From NCBI GenBank assembly GCA_964016885.1, contig OZ024743.1, positions 310,372,001 to 310,436,000 on the forward strand: a stretch of DNA of 64,000 nt. The letters run 5' to 3'. This stretch comes from Eledone cirrhosa. Taxonomy: Eukaryota. Shown here piece after piece: positions 13,191 through 36,150 of this stretch; the stretch's first letter is position 1, and each line of letters begins with the position of its first letter. Both the position numbers and the translations under genes were made by a program. A model generated the notes under the pieces. That model worked only from the letters and a program-made list of their open reading frames with translations. It was not told the DNA's origin and did no database searches.

Positions 13191-13239
13191 AAAGTGCTTT
13201 TACTCTCCCATTTCCAATTCATCAAACGCTAGCATGACT

Positions 13240-13420
13240 GTATGTGTGTGTTTGTGTAAATGTATATGCGTGAATGTGAGTTTGTGTAAATGTATGTGTG
13301 AATGTGTGTTTGTATAAATGTATATGTGTGAATGTGTCTTTGTGTAAATGTATATGTGATTGTATGTATGTGTTTGTGTGAAAGTATGTGTATGTGTGTG
13401 ACTATGTCCGTGAGCGTGTA
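13240..13420. repeat. TG-rich ~26-28 bp tandem repeat
   Basis: Repeats of tgtgtttgtgtaaatgtatatgtg. Confidence 0.75.
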
Positions 13421-13748
13421 TTTTTGTTAGTTTGTGTTTGCGCAGTTATAGTTATATACTCATACATATAGATGTATGTGCATATACACAGACATACGCT
13501 TCAGCGTGTTGAAAATCATAATCACTATCTATCTGCATCTCTCTTATCACACACTCTCTCTTTCTAAATATATGGTAGTTGAAATGGTGGTGGTGGCGGC
13601 GATATACCGGAAGTGTAGAAATTTGAAAATTTTGAAAAGAAGTAAATTTTAATAAGCAATAAAATTATTTATATTAAATTTAATCAAAAGTTACGAAATT
13701 TAGTACATAAATTATTTAATATTAATTCATTATTTATTCAAAGTAATT

Positions 13749-14006
<258 letters not shown>

Positions 14007-14088
14007 CATATATATATATATAAATATATATATATATACATATATATATATACATATATATATATACATATATATATATACATATATA

Positions 14089-14338
<250 letters not shown>

Positions 14339-14437
14339 CATACATATATATACATATACATATATATATATATATATATATACATATAGATATATATATA
14401 TACATATACATATAGATATATATATATATACATATAC

Positions 14438-14909
<472 letters not shown>

Positions 14910-14920
14910 GTATATATATA

Positions 14921-16222
<1,302 letters not shown>

Positions 16223-16223
16223 G

Positions 16224-16281
<58 letters not shown>

Positions 16282-16287
16282 TGTATA

Positions 16288-16347
<60 letters not shown>

Positions 16348-16359
16348 TATATATATATG

Positions 16360-16451
<92 letters not shown>

Positions 16452-16463
16452 GTATATTATATA

Positions 16464-16513
<50 letters not shown>

Positions 16514-16518
16514 TACAT

Positions 16519-16552
<34 letters not shown>

Positions 16553-16609
16553 ACATATATTATATAATATATACATATATATATATAATATATACATATA
16601 TATATATAC

Positions 16610-16724
<115 letters not shown>

Positions 16725-16757
16725 TATATACATATATATATATACATATATATATAC

Positions 16758-16919
<162 letters not shown>

Positions 16920-17026
16920 ATATACATATATATATATACATTATATATATATATATATATATACATATATATATACTATATATATATATATATATATATA
17001 CATATATATCTATACGTATTATATAC

Positions 17027-17073
<47 letters not shown>

Positions 17074-17094
17074 TATATACATATATATATTATA

Positions 17095-17203
<109 letters not shown>

Positions 17204-17226
17204 CATATATATGTATATATATATAC

Positions 17227-17513
<287 letters not shown>

Positions 17514-17592
17514 CATATATATATATGTATATATATACATATATATATACATATATATATATGTATATATATATACATATATATACATATAC

Positions 17593-17735
<143 letters not shown>

Positions 17736-17774
17736 TATATATACATATATATATATATACATATATATAATACA

Positions 17775-17814
<40 letters not shown>

Positions 17815-17815
17815 T

Positions 17816-17874
<59 letters not shown>

Positions 17875-17877
<3 letters not shown>

Positions 17878-18273
17878 TTAAAACAATGAAATAAAAAATC
17901 AAGTCATTAGAGATATACTTCACTGCTTTACGATCGTTTCTAGATGATGATAATACATTGTAGCTATACTCCGTTATTGATCCATGTAAGTTTAGTTACA
18001 AAATATCAGATAAAGAGGATATTTACTTATATGCATATCACCAGCTGTTTTCAAAGGCCAAGTGATATGCATGTAAGTAAATATTCATTGCTTTTGAAAA
18101 CAGCTGGTGATATGCATGTAATTAAACATTCTCTTTATTTGATATTTTGTAACTAACCTTACATAGATCAATAACGGAGTATTGCTACAATGTATTATCA
18201 TCATCTAGAAACGATCGTAAAGCAGTGAAGTATATCTCTAATGACTTGATTTTTTTATTTCATTGTTTTAACT

Positions 18274-18274
<1 letters not shown>
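17875..18274. repeat. ~400 bp fold-back cassette, copy 1 (arms ~180 bp)
   Basis: aagttaaaacaatgaaat... pairs with ...atttcattgttttaactt. The spacer holds an extra gtgatatgcatgtaagtaaatattc. Confidence 0.92.
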
Positions 18275-18311
<37 letters not shown>

Positions 18312-18330
18312 ATATGTATATATATATATG

Positions 18331-18383
<53 letters not shown>

Positions 18384-18413
18384 GTATATGTATATATATG
18401 TATATATATATAC

Positions 18414-18537
<124 letters not shown>

Positions 18538-18538
18538 G

Positions 18539-18569
<31 letters not shown>

Positions 18570-18586
18570 TATATATTATGTATATA

Positions 18587-18640
<54 letters not shown>

Positions 18641-18734
18641 CATAATAATATTATATATGTATATATATACATATATATATATGTATATATATATACATAT
18701 ATATATACATATATATATATACATATATATATAC

Positions 18735-18832
<98 letters not shown>

Positions 18833-18891
18833 GTATATATATATACATATATATATATGTATATATATATACATATATATATATGTATATA

Positions 18892-18947
<56 letters not shown>

Positions 18948-18982
18948 CATATATATATATGTATATATATATACATATATAC

Positions 18983-19145
<163 letters not shown>

Positions 19146-19206
19146 CATATATATATATATAAATATATATATATATACATATATATATATACATATATAT
19201 ATATAC

Positions 19207-19359
<153 letters not shown>

Positions 19360-19370
19360 CATATATATAG

Positions 19371-19478
<108 letters not shown>

Positions 19479-19569
19479 CATACATATATATACATATACA
19501 TATATATATATATATATATACATATAGATATATATATATACATATAGATATATATATATATACATATAC

Positions 19570-19932
<363 letters not shown>

Positions 19933-19952
19933 TAATATATATATATGTATAT

Positions 19953-21354
<1,402 letters not shown>

Positions 21355-21355
21355 G

Positions 21356-21639
<284 letters not shown>

Positions 21640-21644
21640 TACAT

Positions 21645-21693
<49 letters not shown>

Positions 21694-21736
21694 ATATATA
21701 CATATATATATATAATATATACATATATATATATAC

Positions 21737-21855
<119 letters not shown>

Positions 21856-21888
21856 TATATACATATATATATATACATATATATATAC

Positions 21889-22050
<162 letters not shown>

Positions 22051-22056
22051 ATATAC

Positions 22057-22139
<83 letters not shown>

Positions 22140-22160
22140 TATCTATACGTATATATATAC

Positions 22161-22337
<177 letters not shown>

Positions 22338-22360
22338 CATATATATGTATATATATATAC

Positions 22361-22415
<55 letters not shown>

Positions 22416-22435
22416 ATATACATATATATATATAT

Positions 22436-22658
<223 letters not shown>

Positions 22659-22737
22659 CATATATATATATGTATATATATACATATATATATACATATA
22701 TATATATGTATATATATATACATATATATACATATAC

Positions 22738-22874
<137 letters not shown>

Positions 22875-22899
22875 TATATATACATATATATATATATAC

Positions 22900-23529
<630 letters not shown>

Positions 23530-23559
23530 GTATATGTATATATATGTATATATATATAC

Positions 23560-23656
<97 letters not shown>

Positions 23657-23685
23657 ATATATATATATATATGTATATATATATG

Positions 23686-23791
<106 letters not shown>

Positions 23792-23881
23792 CATATATAT
23801 ATATGTATATATATATACATATATATATGTATATATATATACATATATATATACATATATATATATACATATATATATATA

Positions 23882-23977
<96 letters not shown>

Positions 23978-24107
23978 GTATATATATATACATATATATA
24001 TATGTATATATATATACATATATATATATGTATATATATATACATATATATATACATATATATATATACATATATATATACATATATATATATATACATA
24101 TATTATA

Positions 24108-24177
<70 letters not shown>

Positions 24178-24184
24178 TATATAC

Positions 24185-24235
<51 letters not shown>

Positions 24236-24238
24236 TAC

Positions 24239-24345
<107 letters not shown>

Positions 24346-24373
24346 CATATATATACATATATATCTATACATA

Positions 24374-24408
<35 letters not shown>

Positions 24409-24415
24409 CTATACA

Positions 24416-24535
<120 letters not shown>

Positions 24536-24592
24536 CATATATATTTTATATATAATACATATATATATGTATATATATATACATATATATAC

Positions 24593-24653
<61 letters not shown>

Positions 24654-24654
24654 C

Positions 24655-24705
<51 letters not shown>

Positions 24706-24706
24706 C

Positions 24707-24773
<67 letters not shown>

Positions 24774-24774
24774 C

Positions 24775-24825
<51 letters not shown>

Positions 24826-24826
24826 C

Positions 24827-24881
<55 letters not shown>

Positions 24882-24882
24882 C

Positions 24883-24933
<51 letters not shown>

Positions 24934-24934
24934 C

Positions 24935-25640
<706 letters not shown>

Positions 25641-25707
25641 CATATATATCATAATCTACATAACTAAGCACATTTCTCTTCTCCTGATTAGCTTACTTGC
25701 TTTTTAT

Positions 25708-25875
<168 letters not shown>

Positions 25876-27013
25876 CAATTATATATATATATATACTCCT
25901 ACGCATATGTATCTTCATCCTATAAACTTTAGAGTAATATCCCTCCTCGACTACACCTTGAAATTAGGCGTCGCTATATTTTACCATCTCATCAAATAAT
26001 CTTAATACACGTATATTTTCAATATAGTCTCCTTACCAATGTTACGTTCAATATTTTTATTTTGATTCATTATTATTCTTATTTTATTTAATCTGCTTAC
26101 GACGGCAATTGCTTATAAAAAAAAAAAAAATTTAATCCATTAAAATGTTCATTTCAAGGTTAAAAACAAAGATAAAAGAAGTTTTCACGATTAATCATCG
26201 TAATTAACCCATGTTTGAAGTTGATAAATTTAAATCATGCAATAAAGTTAAAACAAGGTTTTAAAAATGAGATTTCACTAAAGAAAAAGTTGCTTTTTTT
26301 AGTAGATACTGAAAATAATAAATAAATTTATTGATATATATTTGTATGTATTGATTAAACCTGAATTTGATATATAGCTCTGCTAACATTTAGTAGAGCT
26401 GTTTTATTGGACTACCACTTCAAGGCCATTTTTAGCTGTTATAATGCTTTCCTATCTTTCAATGTTGAGAATTATTTGACACTATGTGTATCTAGTCATT
26501 TAAACAAGAACGAAAGTTCTTTTTGTACTTCGATGTACTTTTACCAATATTGGTTATTGATTATTTGCATATTTTCCCCTGATCCATGAAACATGCCTGC
26601 TTAGGAATAGAATTATTTATTACTACCCAATTGTAAGTGTATTCACTTACAGATTTAATTATTTGCAATTGTTATTTAGAATTCTAAATTTAACATCGAT
26701 AGAAGTACTTTTCCTGGCTATTCTTTTCACTATACATAAATGCACAGTATGATAGCTATTTTGCAATAATACTTTGATATATATTTTTTTCAGGTATCGT
26801 TTAAATTTGTTATTAACCATGGTGGAAATTTGTATTTGTAACTAATTGTATCAAATCATTTCATTTCGCTGTTGCGTTGCTGGGTATTTTTTAAATTGAT
26901 TGTGAAGTTCTTTTGCCTTTGCCTTATTGAGCTCTTTTTTTCCTGCTTCATGTATTTTTTATGCTGATCTTTATGAGTTTCTTCTTTTTAACTTATTTGT
27001 CAAAGCTAAAAAC

Positions 27014-28295
27014 ATGTCAGAAGTCAAAAGCCCTTGAATTTACAGAATAAATCTCAAAAGAATTTGTATTAACTCAAAAGTTTCAGAGCAGTCAGTTGAT
27101 GTCAAATTTGATAAAAGGCATTTTGTTGAGCCGCATAGAAGGAGCAAAAGAAAAAAAAATCAAAACTATCTTAAAAAGACTACTAAAATTGCACCACCAT
27201 CTATCAAATCATTTGTTTTTGCCGAAAACGAAAATCGTTGGGTACAATAATGACCAAAGCGTTTCTTGAGGCCGACATTCCTCTGCCCAAGTTCACTAAT
27301 CGAAGTTTGACAGGTCTCTATCAATTCTATCCATAAACCACTGCCCTTTCAATCTACGTGCCGAAAATATTTGACATTCAAACACGGTTGAAAATGGCAA
27401 GAGCTGCCTGGCCGATCAAATATATGTTTTAATCGTTGATGAGATACATGATGAAAAAAAGGCTAATTTACTTATTGTTTCAGCTAAAAATCCTCAAGAA
27501 AAAAAACCTGCCACTCGAATCAGCTCTAACAGCCACAGTCATCTCTCAGATAATAGATGATTCGTTTAGTAGTATGGTGGTTCCAAGAGAACATTCTCTC
27601 CTGCTATTGTCTATTGCTTCCCGGTATATGGTAGCTGCTGGAGAAATATTGCATGTTATGAATCCTACGGTCTTCTGTATAACCTGTTTCTACCACAAAC
27701 TGAAAAATTGTGCTATAAGAGTAAAGGATTTCTAGCCTACATTCAATTGTATAATGGCCAAACACCGTCAAGAATAATTAAAAACAATCAGATAACCCCC
27801 TCAGCCAATTGTGCCCAGGTGGGGTAGCTGGTTAGTTGCCTGCAATTACTATGCCAAGAAAATTATAGAAGTTACAGAAGTTGTACAGAACTTTGAGGAG
27901 AAAGGCACTTTGGTGGAGAGACCGAAAGATGTGGTGCAAAATCCTGAGATCAGGACTAACCTCACCCAAATTTCTTGAAACTATTTGCAGTTGAAACGTA
28001 AATTTTGAACGCCTCGAACATCTACGATCCTTACAAAAATCTTCGAAGAATTAGAATTCAACGAAGACCAATGTTGATTTACTTTGATTTTAGATTCAAT
28101 AAACACCAAATCAATTCGATTATTCAAGTAATGAACCCCAAAGTTTTACCAGCGGAATAATCGGATCTGAGATAATGTCTAGCGACATCAGTTGCTGTAG
28201 GAAACAGTTTTTCTATGCTAAAAAAATCCTTGCAAAAGATAGAAATTTTGGGCGTACAAATATATATATATATATCACATTGTACTATAATAAAT
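27014..28295 (+). pseudogene. Decayed hAT-like DNA transposase (CGGBP1/DUF659-like)
   Basis: Fragments DKRHFVEPHRRSK (BED-like), KAFLEADIPLPK, LIVDE, LLLSIASRYMVAAG..CITCFYHKLKNCAIRVK, PIVPRWGSWL..CNYYA, TSVAVGNSFSML..DRNF, with many stops and frameshifts. TIRs were not located. Confidence 0.8.
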
Positions 28296-28355
28296 TTCCA
28301 CAATAGTTATTTTTGAAATTGTTATGATAATATATAAAAATCAAAACTGGTTTTT

Positions 28356-28529
28356 AATAATAACTGTTTCTACTTTTGGCACAAGGCCAGCAAAACCCAG
28401 TGCATTACTGGTACTTTATTTTATCGAACCCGTAAGGATGGAAGGCAAAGTTAATCTCGGGGGATTTGAACATAGAATGGCAAGGACCGCAACTCTATGC
28501 ATCAAATAGTATCCGACCCTCTACCGATA
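28356..28529 (-). mobile_element. Young SINE
   Basis: Consensus match on the reverse strand. Confidence 0.85.
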
Positions 28530-28771
28530 ATAATAAAGTTGCTAAAAATAAAGCTGTCTGACACCACCCTTACAGGTATGAGAACGTAAAGTGTTGAGAT
28601 ATACAATGACTCCTGAGTAATGGTCGGGGTGGTGTCTCCTAGTGTTGGTTGGGGTGTCACCTAGAAAGGAAAAAGAGGTGCAGTGGGAGGGAAAGGAGTA
28701 GGGGAGTACGAAAAGAGTAACGTTAGCAGTCAGCAAAGTATCATGTTAAAACAAGCAATATTATTTATTTT

Positions 28772-28960
28772 TTGGCAGTATCCTTAGAGGGTCGGACGCC
28801 ATGGTTTGCAGCCTGGAGTTACAGGCCTTTACGATCTGAGTTCAAATTCCGCAAAGGGTAACTTTGCCTTTCATCCTTACGGGGTCGATAAAATAAAGTA
28901 CCAGTAATGCACTGGGATGATTGCTGGCCTTGTGCCAAAAGTAGAAACTATTATTATTAT
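28772..28960 (+). mobile_element. Young SINE with (ATT)n tail
   Basis: Consensus match. Tail gtagaaactattattattatt. Confidence 0.88.
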
Positions 28961-29010
28961 TTTTTTTTTTTTGCAATTCAGCATAAATTTGTAAGGGTTA
29001 AAATTATAAT

Positions 29011-29212
29011 CTCACCTCTGATTTTGTGTGAATACCTCCAGTATCTTTATATATTTAGTACATTCCAACAACGTGGTATTCTGCGTTATTCAGCCTAAAA
29101 TCAGTTTAGGATGAATAACGAACCAATGAGAGGAGACCACAGAATACAACGTTGTTGGCATGTGCTAGATATATCAAGATACTGCAGATATTCGCACAAA
29201 ATCAGAGGTGAG
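29011..29212. repeat. Imperfect inverted repeat (arms ~72 bp)
   Basis: ctcacctctgattttgtg...tattctg pairs with cagaata...gcacaaaatcagaggtgag. Confidence 0.8.
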
Positions 29213-29401
29213 CTTACATACTGAGACATAGCTGAGGATCTTTCGATTCCAGATTCAGGTTCGATAAATAATAGATCGTTCCTCGAGCTGATCGACAGTG
29301 AAACATATGTTATATGTTATTAAATATGTTATGATGCAACGCTGATTCTTTGTTCCTTTATTTTTATACTACATATACATATATATATACATATATATAT
29401 A

Positions 29402-31470
29402 TAGACTATCAAAGTTCTTTCGTCACACATCTGCGACATCATCAGTTGAACTTTTATGTTTCCTCCCGTTGTATTGTATAGTTTACGCCATTTTAATTTT
29501 ATTTATTTATTTCTTCTTGTCTCTGTCTCTGCGCATGCGTTTGCGTGTGTGTTTAATGCTTGGTCTGTGTGTGGTCGCGTTTGGGTGTATGTGTTTTTGT
29601 TTTTGTATTCTATCTTTGTTCACTAGTGTGTGTTTATATGTGTTTGCTGTTATTGTACTTCTGTATATATTTATTTAATTTGGTATTGTTTGTTTGGGTA
29701 AAGTTGTTGTTGTTATTCCATTCGTTCTTTCTGTTCAACTTCGGTCTTCTTAGTTCTATCTCAGTTGCTTCTCTGATTTGTCAGGAGTCATTTCTATACT
29801 TGGATATTATTTTAATTTCTATGTTGTCTATATTACTGTCATCTCGTTGTCTGGTGTCTTCATATAGTACAGAACCGTTTTTGTGTCCTTTTAGTTCCCC
29901 CCCAGTGTTGGTCTATTCTTTCTCCTATGCTTCGAGCTGTCTCACCTATGTATGTCGTTGTCATGTTTCTGCAAGTACCCTCTGTACATCTTATGCTATG
30001 GACTACATTTCTAGTTTTACAATTTATCTGGGGCTTCATTCTACATATAACACGTTTCTTATTCGTACAGTGGGTTTTCTTAAAGGGGTATGTCTTGCTG
30101 ATCTGGGATTGTATGGTAGTTCCTGGCTTTTCTACCACTTTAATCTTTAGATGGGTCTTTCTTAGGGTTTTTCTATATTGCTTAGCTAATTTCGCTCCAG
30201 GGGTAGCATCCTCGAACATGACACTCTGGTATCTCTGGTTGTAGTAGCATGAAGTGGATTTCCCTATCTTATGTTTAGTCCTATCTAAGCTATTCCATGA
30301 TTTGCTCCTGTATAAAGGGCAAAGTCCATGAGGGTCTTATATTTCTCAGTGGCTCCTTTGTATACTCTGATTCTGTCTCTTTGGTTGTAGCCAGAGAACT
30401 GCATGCGATTGATGAAGTGTTGGATGTGTCTTTCCATTTCAGTTGGGTCGCACATGCGTGACACATTATTCATCAATCTTACCAAGTCTGCGATCAGAAT
30501 ATCAAAGTTAGCAGTATTGGACATTGCTGAGATTTTGAGTATCAGGTATTTGGAGGCCATGGGTTTATCATAGGGTGAGTGGATAATTTCGGCCATCTCG
30601 TCTATTGTGTTTATTCAGAGTTCCGTGTCTAGTACTGGTAGTCAATTGTTAGGGTGTTTGGAAGGGTAGTCAACGGTTACAGTTATACTCTGGTGTATGG
30701 AGTTAGCTATCTGCTGGATGCTTTCCATTGTGCTATTTTCTGTTTCATGTTTATTAGTACTCTCTTGTGGGGGTGTTCTTATTACTATATTAATATCGTC
30801 TACGTAACGAGAGTACATGACGTGGTGTATAGAGTTCTTTTCAAGGAGTTCTCTGAGTCACCTATCCCACAATACCATAAATAGATTGGCAACACCACCA
30901 GCTATGCTGACGCCAATGGCTGCTCCCTCATTCTGGGTGTAGATCTTTTCATTAAACTTAAAATTATGGCCCTTTGGAGTAGTTTTATTACTAGCCGTGT
31001 GCGACTATTTTTCTCAGCTGATAATTGTTTTGGGGTGTCCGTATGGCTTTGGTCCATCCATTCCATCTTCCTATCGGAATCTTTTTAGACATTGAGGTTA
31101 TGGTGGGGGGTGGGGTCTACCCCTTATAGGTCTACTGGGGAAGAAACTGCTAAGGTCATGATTATCTAGGTATTCGGTGTCATAAGTTAGTCTAAGTTGG
31201 TGGCCCAGTTCATCTGTGTCGACGTCGCAGAACTCCACTTCACTCTCATTGATTATTTCCACATATTTTTCCACAGCAAAATCAATGGTAATGGATGGGT
31301 ACAGTGATTGCCTATTATGCAGTTAGTTAGGTTGTTGTTGTTGCATTCATTGATTCTGCTGAAGAGATCCTCTGTGCTGTCACATATATCTGGGCACATC
31401 TTCATTATGGGGCGTATAACCAGAGAGAGGAAGTAGGAGATCCTGTAGTTGGTAGCAATATTTTTCATAT
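29402..31470 (-). mobile_element. Penelope-like retroelement relic (RT + C-terminal GIY-YIG), 5'-truncated, between (TA)n tracts
   Basis: RT motifs [36 protein letters not shown] (~30790-30816), PVLD and YDKPMAS. GIY-YIG NVVHSIRC...TYIGETARSIGERIDQH (29860-30219). Confidence 0.88.
29408..29452 (-). ncRNA. Hammerhead ribozyme motif in the PLE pLTR
   Basis: UUCAA-CUGAUGA-U-GUCGCA-gaug-UGUGAC-GAAA-GAAC-UU-UGA, with a 6-bp stem II, on the same strand as and 3' of the PLE ORF. The cleavage-site region is imperfect. Confidence 0.65.
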
Positions 31471-31490
31471 AAAAAAACCTTGCAAACCAA

Positions 31491-31545
<55 letters not shown>

Positions 31546-31560
31546 GTGTGTGTGTATATT

Positions 31561-31647
<87 letters not shown>

Positions 31648-31653
31648 AGTGTA

Positions 31654-32808
<1,155 letters not shown>

Positions 32809-32834
32809 TATATATATATATATATACATATATA

Positions 32835-33510
32835 ATGGAAAAATTTGAACAGGAACAAAACAGAGAGGAAGTACAACGAATGTTTATTAATTTCACGCTC
32901 TGGAGAGTGGGGTGGTGGTGGGGAACGACGTTTCGGGCATAAGCCCTTCCTCAGGTGAGAAGTGTGTGGGAACAGAGTTCAAATGGTGTGTAGGGGAGTG
33001 GTGGAGAGACATATAGCGAAAGGAAATGGTGCGAATGAAATTAAAAATAAAAATAAAAATAAAGCATGATCAAAATACATGGAATGAAATAAAATTAAAT
33101 ATAAAAGCATGATCAAAATAAACTGAAATTAAAAGGGGGGTAAAACAGGTGGTGGAAGGGTGTGGGGTGTGTAGGGGTGGTGGCGGGTGGAGTGGGGAGA
33201 GGGAGACGGCGTGTTCGAGCGGAGAGGGCTGAAGGTGGTGTGTGTGTGTATGTGAAAGTAAGGGTTGGGGGAAGAACGGGGTTGCATGTTCAGGAAGAGG
33301 TGTGTGTGTGTGGGTTGGGGTGGGGTGGCGGGTTGTAGGTCAGAGTGTCTGTGCGTGTGTGGATAGAGGGGTTGGGGGAGAGGAATCAGGAGGCTGAGGG
33401 TGTAAATATGTGGTGGAAAGCACGTGTGTGTGGGGTTTAAGCGTGTTGTGGGTGTAGGTGGCGTGTGGAGAAAAAAATGTTTTGGGGTGTGTGTGTGGGT
33501 GAGTTATATA
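32835..33510 (-). mobile_element. PLE 3'/pLTR fragment
   Basis: C/A-rich minus strand followed by a hammerhead motif and AATAAA (rc of 32883-32888), between (TA)n tracts. Confidence 0.55.
32925..32957 (-). ncRNA. Minimal hammerhead motif
   Basis: AC-CUGAGGA-A-GGGC-uuau-GCCC-GAAA-CG-UC-GU, the typical minimal (dimer-type) PLE hammerhead. Stem I is only 2 bp. Confidence 0.7.
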
Positions 33511-33609
<99 letters not shown>

Positions 33610-33611
33610 AG

Positions 33612-34533
33612 TGGTTACACAACAGTTAGTTCACCATACCGAGAACAATTTGTTCACCTTAGCGGATCCTGAGCTCGTAATGGACATGGTTATACAGAAC
33701 AACAAGGACAACCGTACGAAGGCGCATCCGCAGAAACGATCACTTCACACAGGCAAAACTAAAATGTCTGCGAGAGGTGTAAGGGAGATAACTGCGAAAG
33801 TCCGAAAAGTTTCTAGTTGATTAGAAAATTAGGATGTTGTTGTAATTTAATCCGGAGCTTTGTAGTTACGTAAGAGGTGTTTCGAGAGGTGTGGATAACG
33901 TGTGTAGAATTCCAATCTCGTGTTTAGGCAATCGCTATTCTATAATCTCTTTAGAATATTTATTCGTTCATCGATACATACTCCACACGACGGATTTCCC
34001 GTTGCGTATGGTTTGGGCTAAGTGATGGTTTTCCATTGAATGAAGTAGTCTATACTTGAGTCCCTGGGGGACCATACGTGGCTCGCGAGTTTCGTGGATG
34101 AACGTCTTTCCGGGTACCTAAAGGTACCTGGTGGTTCAGGAAGCGTTCCTTAAATCGGCCCTCCGCCTTACCCACATAGGATTTGACCTCTTGTGGTTGA
34201 TTTGGTCGGTTGGAAGTGACCACCGCTTCATAAACTACAGCGAGTGTGTTGCATTGCTGTTGAAGGGGACAAGCTTCGCAGTTATCTCCCTTACACCTCT
34301 AGCACGCATTTTAGTATTGTCTGTGTGAAGTGATCGTTTCTGGGCATGCGCGTTCGTACGGTTGTCCTTCCTGTTCCGTATAACCATATCCATTACGAGG
34401 TGAGGATCCGCTAATGTGAAATAATTTTTCTCGGTATGGTGAACTAACTGTTGTGTAACCATTTCTACCTAACTCGTCCCATGGACTGAGTGCTCTACCA
34501 CTACGGTACGGATATTACCTTCCGGTGTTCTAC

Positions 34534-34537
<4 letters not shown>
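33612..34537 (-). mobile_element. PLE relic with GIY-YIG endonuclease (Naiad-like pattern) framed by ~190 bp inverted repeats
   Basis: The minus strand gives RCKGDNCEACPLQQQCNTLAVVYEAVV...KSYVGKAEGRFKERFLNH and CGVCIDERINIL..LNTRLEFYTRYPH. IR arms 33612-33798 / 34273-34461. Confidence 0.8.
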
Positions 34538-34577
<40 letters not shown>

Positions 34578-34582
<5 letters not shown>

Positions 34583-35320
34583 AAATTGAGGTTGGTAATG
34601 GCACATGGAATATATAAGAGACATATATATAATTATACTAGAATAAACAACCAAATTCTTGAAAAAATATTTATTTGTTTATAATTGTTTGAAAGGACAA
34701 AATCACAATTTGATCCATAAGATCGAGACTGGGCCACTACCAGTATCGCGAGGAGCACTTGGAAAGCTTTCTAATGATTTCTGGCCTCAAAACTCATTAG
34801 TCCTTTAATATTTAAACCGGCCATATCAGCCAGAATTCTCTCACCTGTTTCGGCTCAAACTGGCCGTAGCTGGTCACATATAGGAATCTTAATGGTATTT
34901 TCTTTATTCTCTCATACTTTCAATTGTGTCCGTGTCTTTCCCTGTACGGTGTGCAGGGAAAGACACGGACACAATTGAAAGTATGAGAGAATAAAGAAAA
35001 TACCATTAAGATTCCTATATGTGACCAGCTACGGCCAGTTTGAGCCGAAACAGGTGAGAGAATTCTGGCTGATATGGCCGGTTTAAATATTAAAGGACTA
35101 ATGAGTTTTGAGGCCAGAAATCATTAGAAAGCTTTCCAAGTGCTCCTCGCGATACTGGTAGTGGCCCAGTCTCGATCTTATGGATCAAATTGTGATTTTG
35201 TCCTTTCAAACAATTATAAACAAATAAATATTTTTTCAAGAATTTGGTTGTTTATTCTAGTATAATTATATATATGTCTCTTATATATTCCATGTGCCAT
35301 TACCAACCTCAATTTTCTCT
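34578..35320. repeat. Essentially perfect 743-bp palindrome (arms ~367 bp, 9-nt spacer)
   Basis: Centre at 34949 (ccctg-tacggtgtg-caggg). No arm mismatches seen by eye. Confidence 0.93.
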
Positions 35321-35351
35321 ATAACCTTCGTTTTGTGTAGAAAATTACACT

Positions 35352-35400
<49 letters not shown>

Positions 35401-35401
<1 letters not shown>

Positions 35402-35588
35402 GTTATTCCGGGTTGAATCGGAGGTAACCACAGTAAGTAAGGTACTCAATACATAGCAGAGTATAACAGTTTTAATATAGATGAGATTCTACAGGACTAG
35501 AACTGTTTCATTCATTTGAAATCATCAGGAATCACTGATTCCTGATGATTTCAAATGAATGAAACAGTTCTAGTCCTGTAGAATCTCA

Positions 35589-35595
<7 letters not shown>
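35401..35595. mobile_element. Perfect 121-bp palindrome (35475-35595) carrying back-to-back hammerhead-like cores, plus tail
   Basis: Centre 35535. GAUUC-CUGAUGA-UUUCAAAUGAAU-GAAAC-AGUUCUA-GUC-CUGUA-GAAUC. Minus-strand tail ttgagtacc...tggttacc. Confidence 0.7.
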
Positions 35596-35653
<58 letters not shown>

Positions 35654-36150
35654 TGCTATTTATCATACACGCATGATCATATAGTTACATCTCATATTTA
35701 TCCTAAAGAGGTATTAATATGAGCTTCTTTGTTATTAGCCCGATTATGTACAGCTGCCAGTGATGGCTTAAATTTTCTTGACAAATCTATTATTCAAATT
35801 TGGTATTATAAGAATTCATTTTGAAGCCCCATCTATCAATTTCAACAGAACGTATTCGAAAATGTATATGTATCTCGTGTATCGTTTTGGTTTGACTCAA
35901 TGTGAAGCAATTCTGGAGGCAATTGTTACAATGGGGGCTCAAACAAATCGTGTAATATCTAGCTTCATGGAAGCCACCCGAATGTATAAATATCAGTAGA
36001 CTAAATTCAGCGTAAATGCAAATTTAATATGCCATAAAATATATATACTTCCGGAACTAACCTTCATATAACTACACAAATCTTAACACACTGTACCATA
36101 TAACACCGCATTAGCAAGATATGTTTCAAAAGTACACAACAGCACTATGA

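Noticed and set aside
18170-18230. Hammerhead in the 400-bp foldback (GAAAC-GAUC-GUA)
   Set aside because: There is no CUGANGA upstream; only half of the core is present.
29230-29315. Hammerhead (CUGAGGA...GAAA-CAUAUG-UU)
   Set aside because: No convincing stem II closes directly onto the core.
33860-34300. Selenocysteine (in-frame UGA/SECIS) as reported for some Naiad PLEs
   Set aside because: No UGA was seen at a conserved Cys position and no SECIS could be identified by eye.
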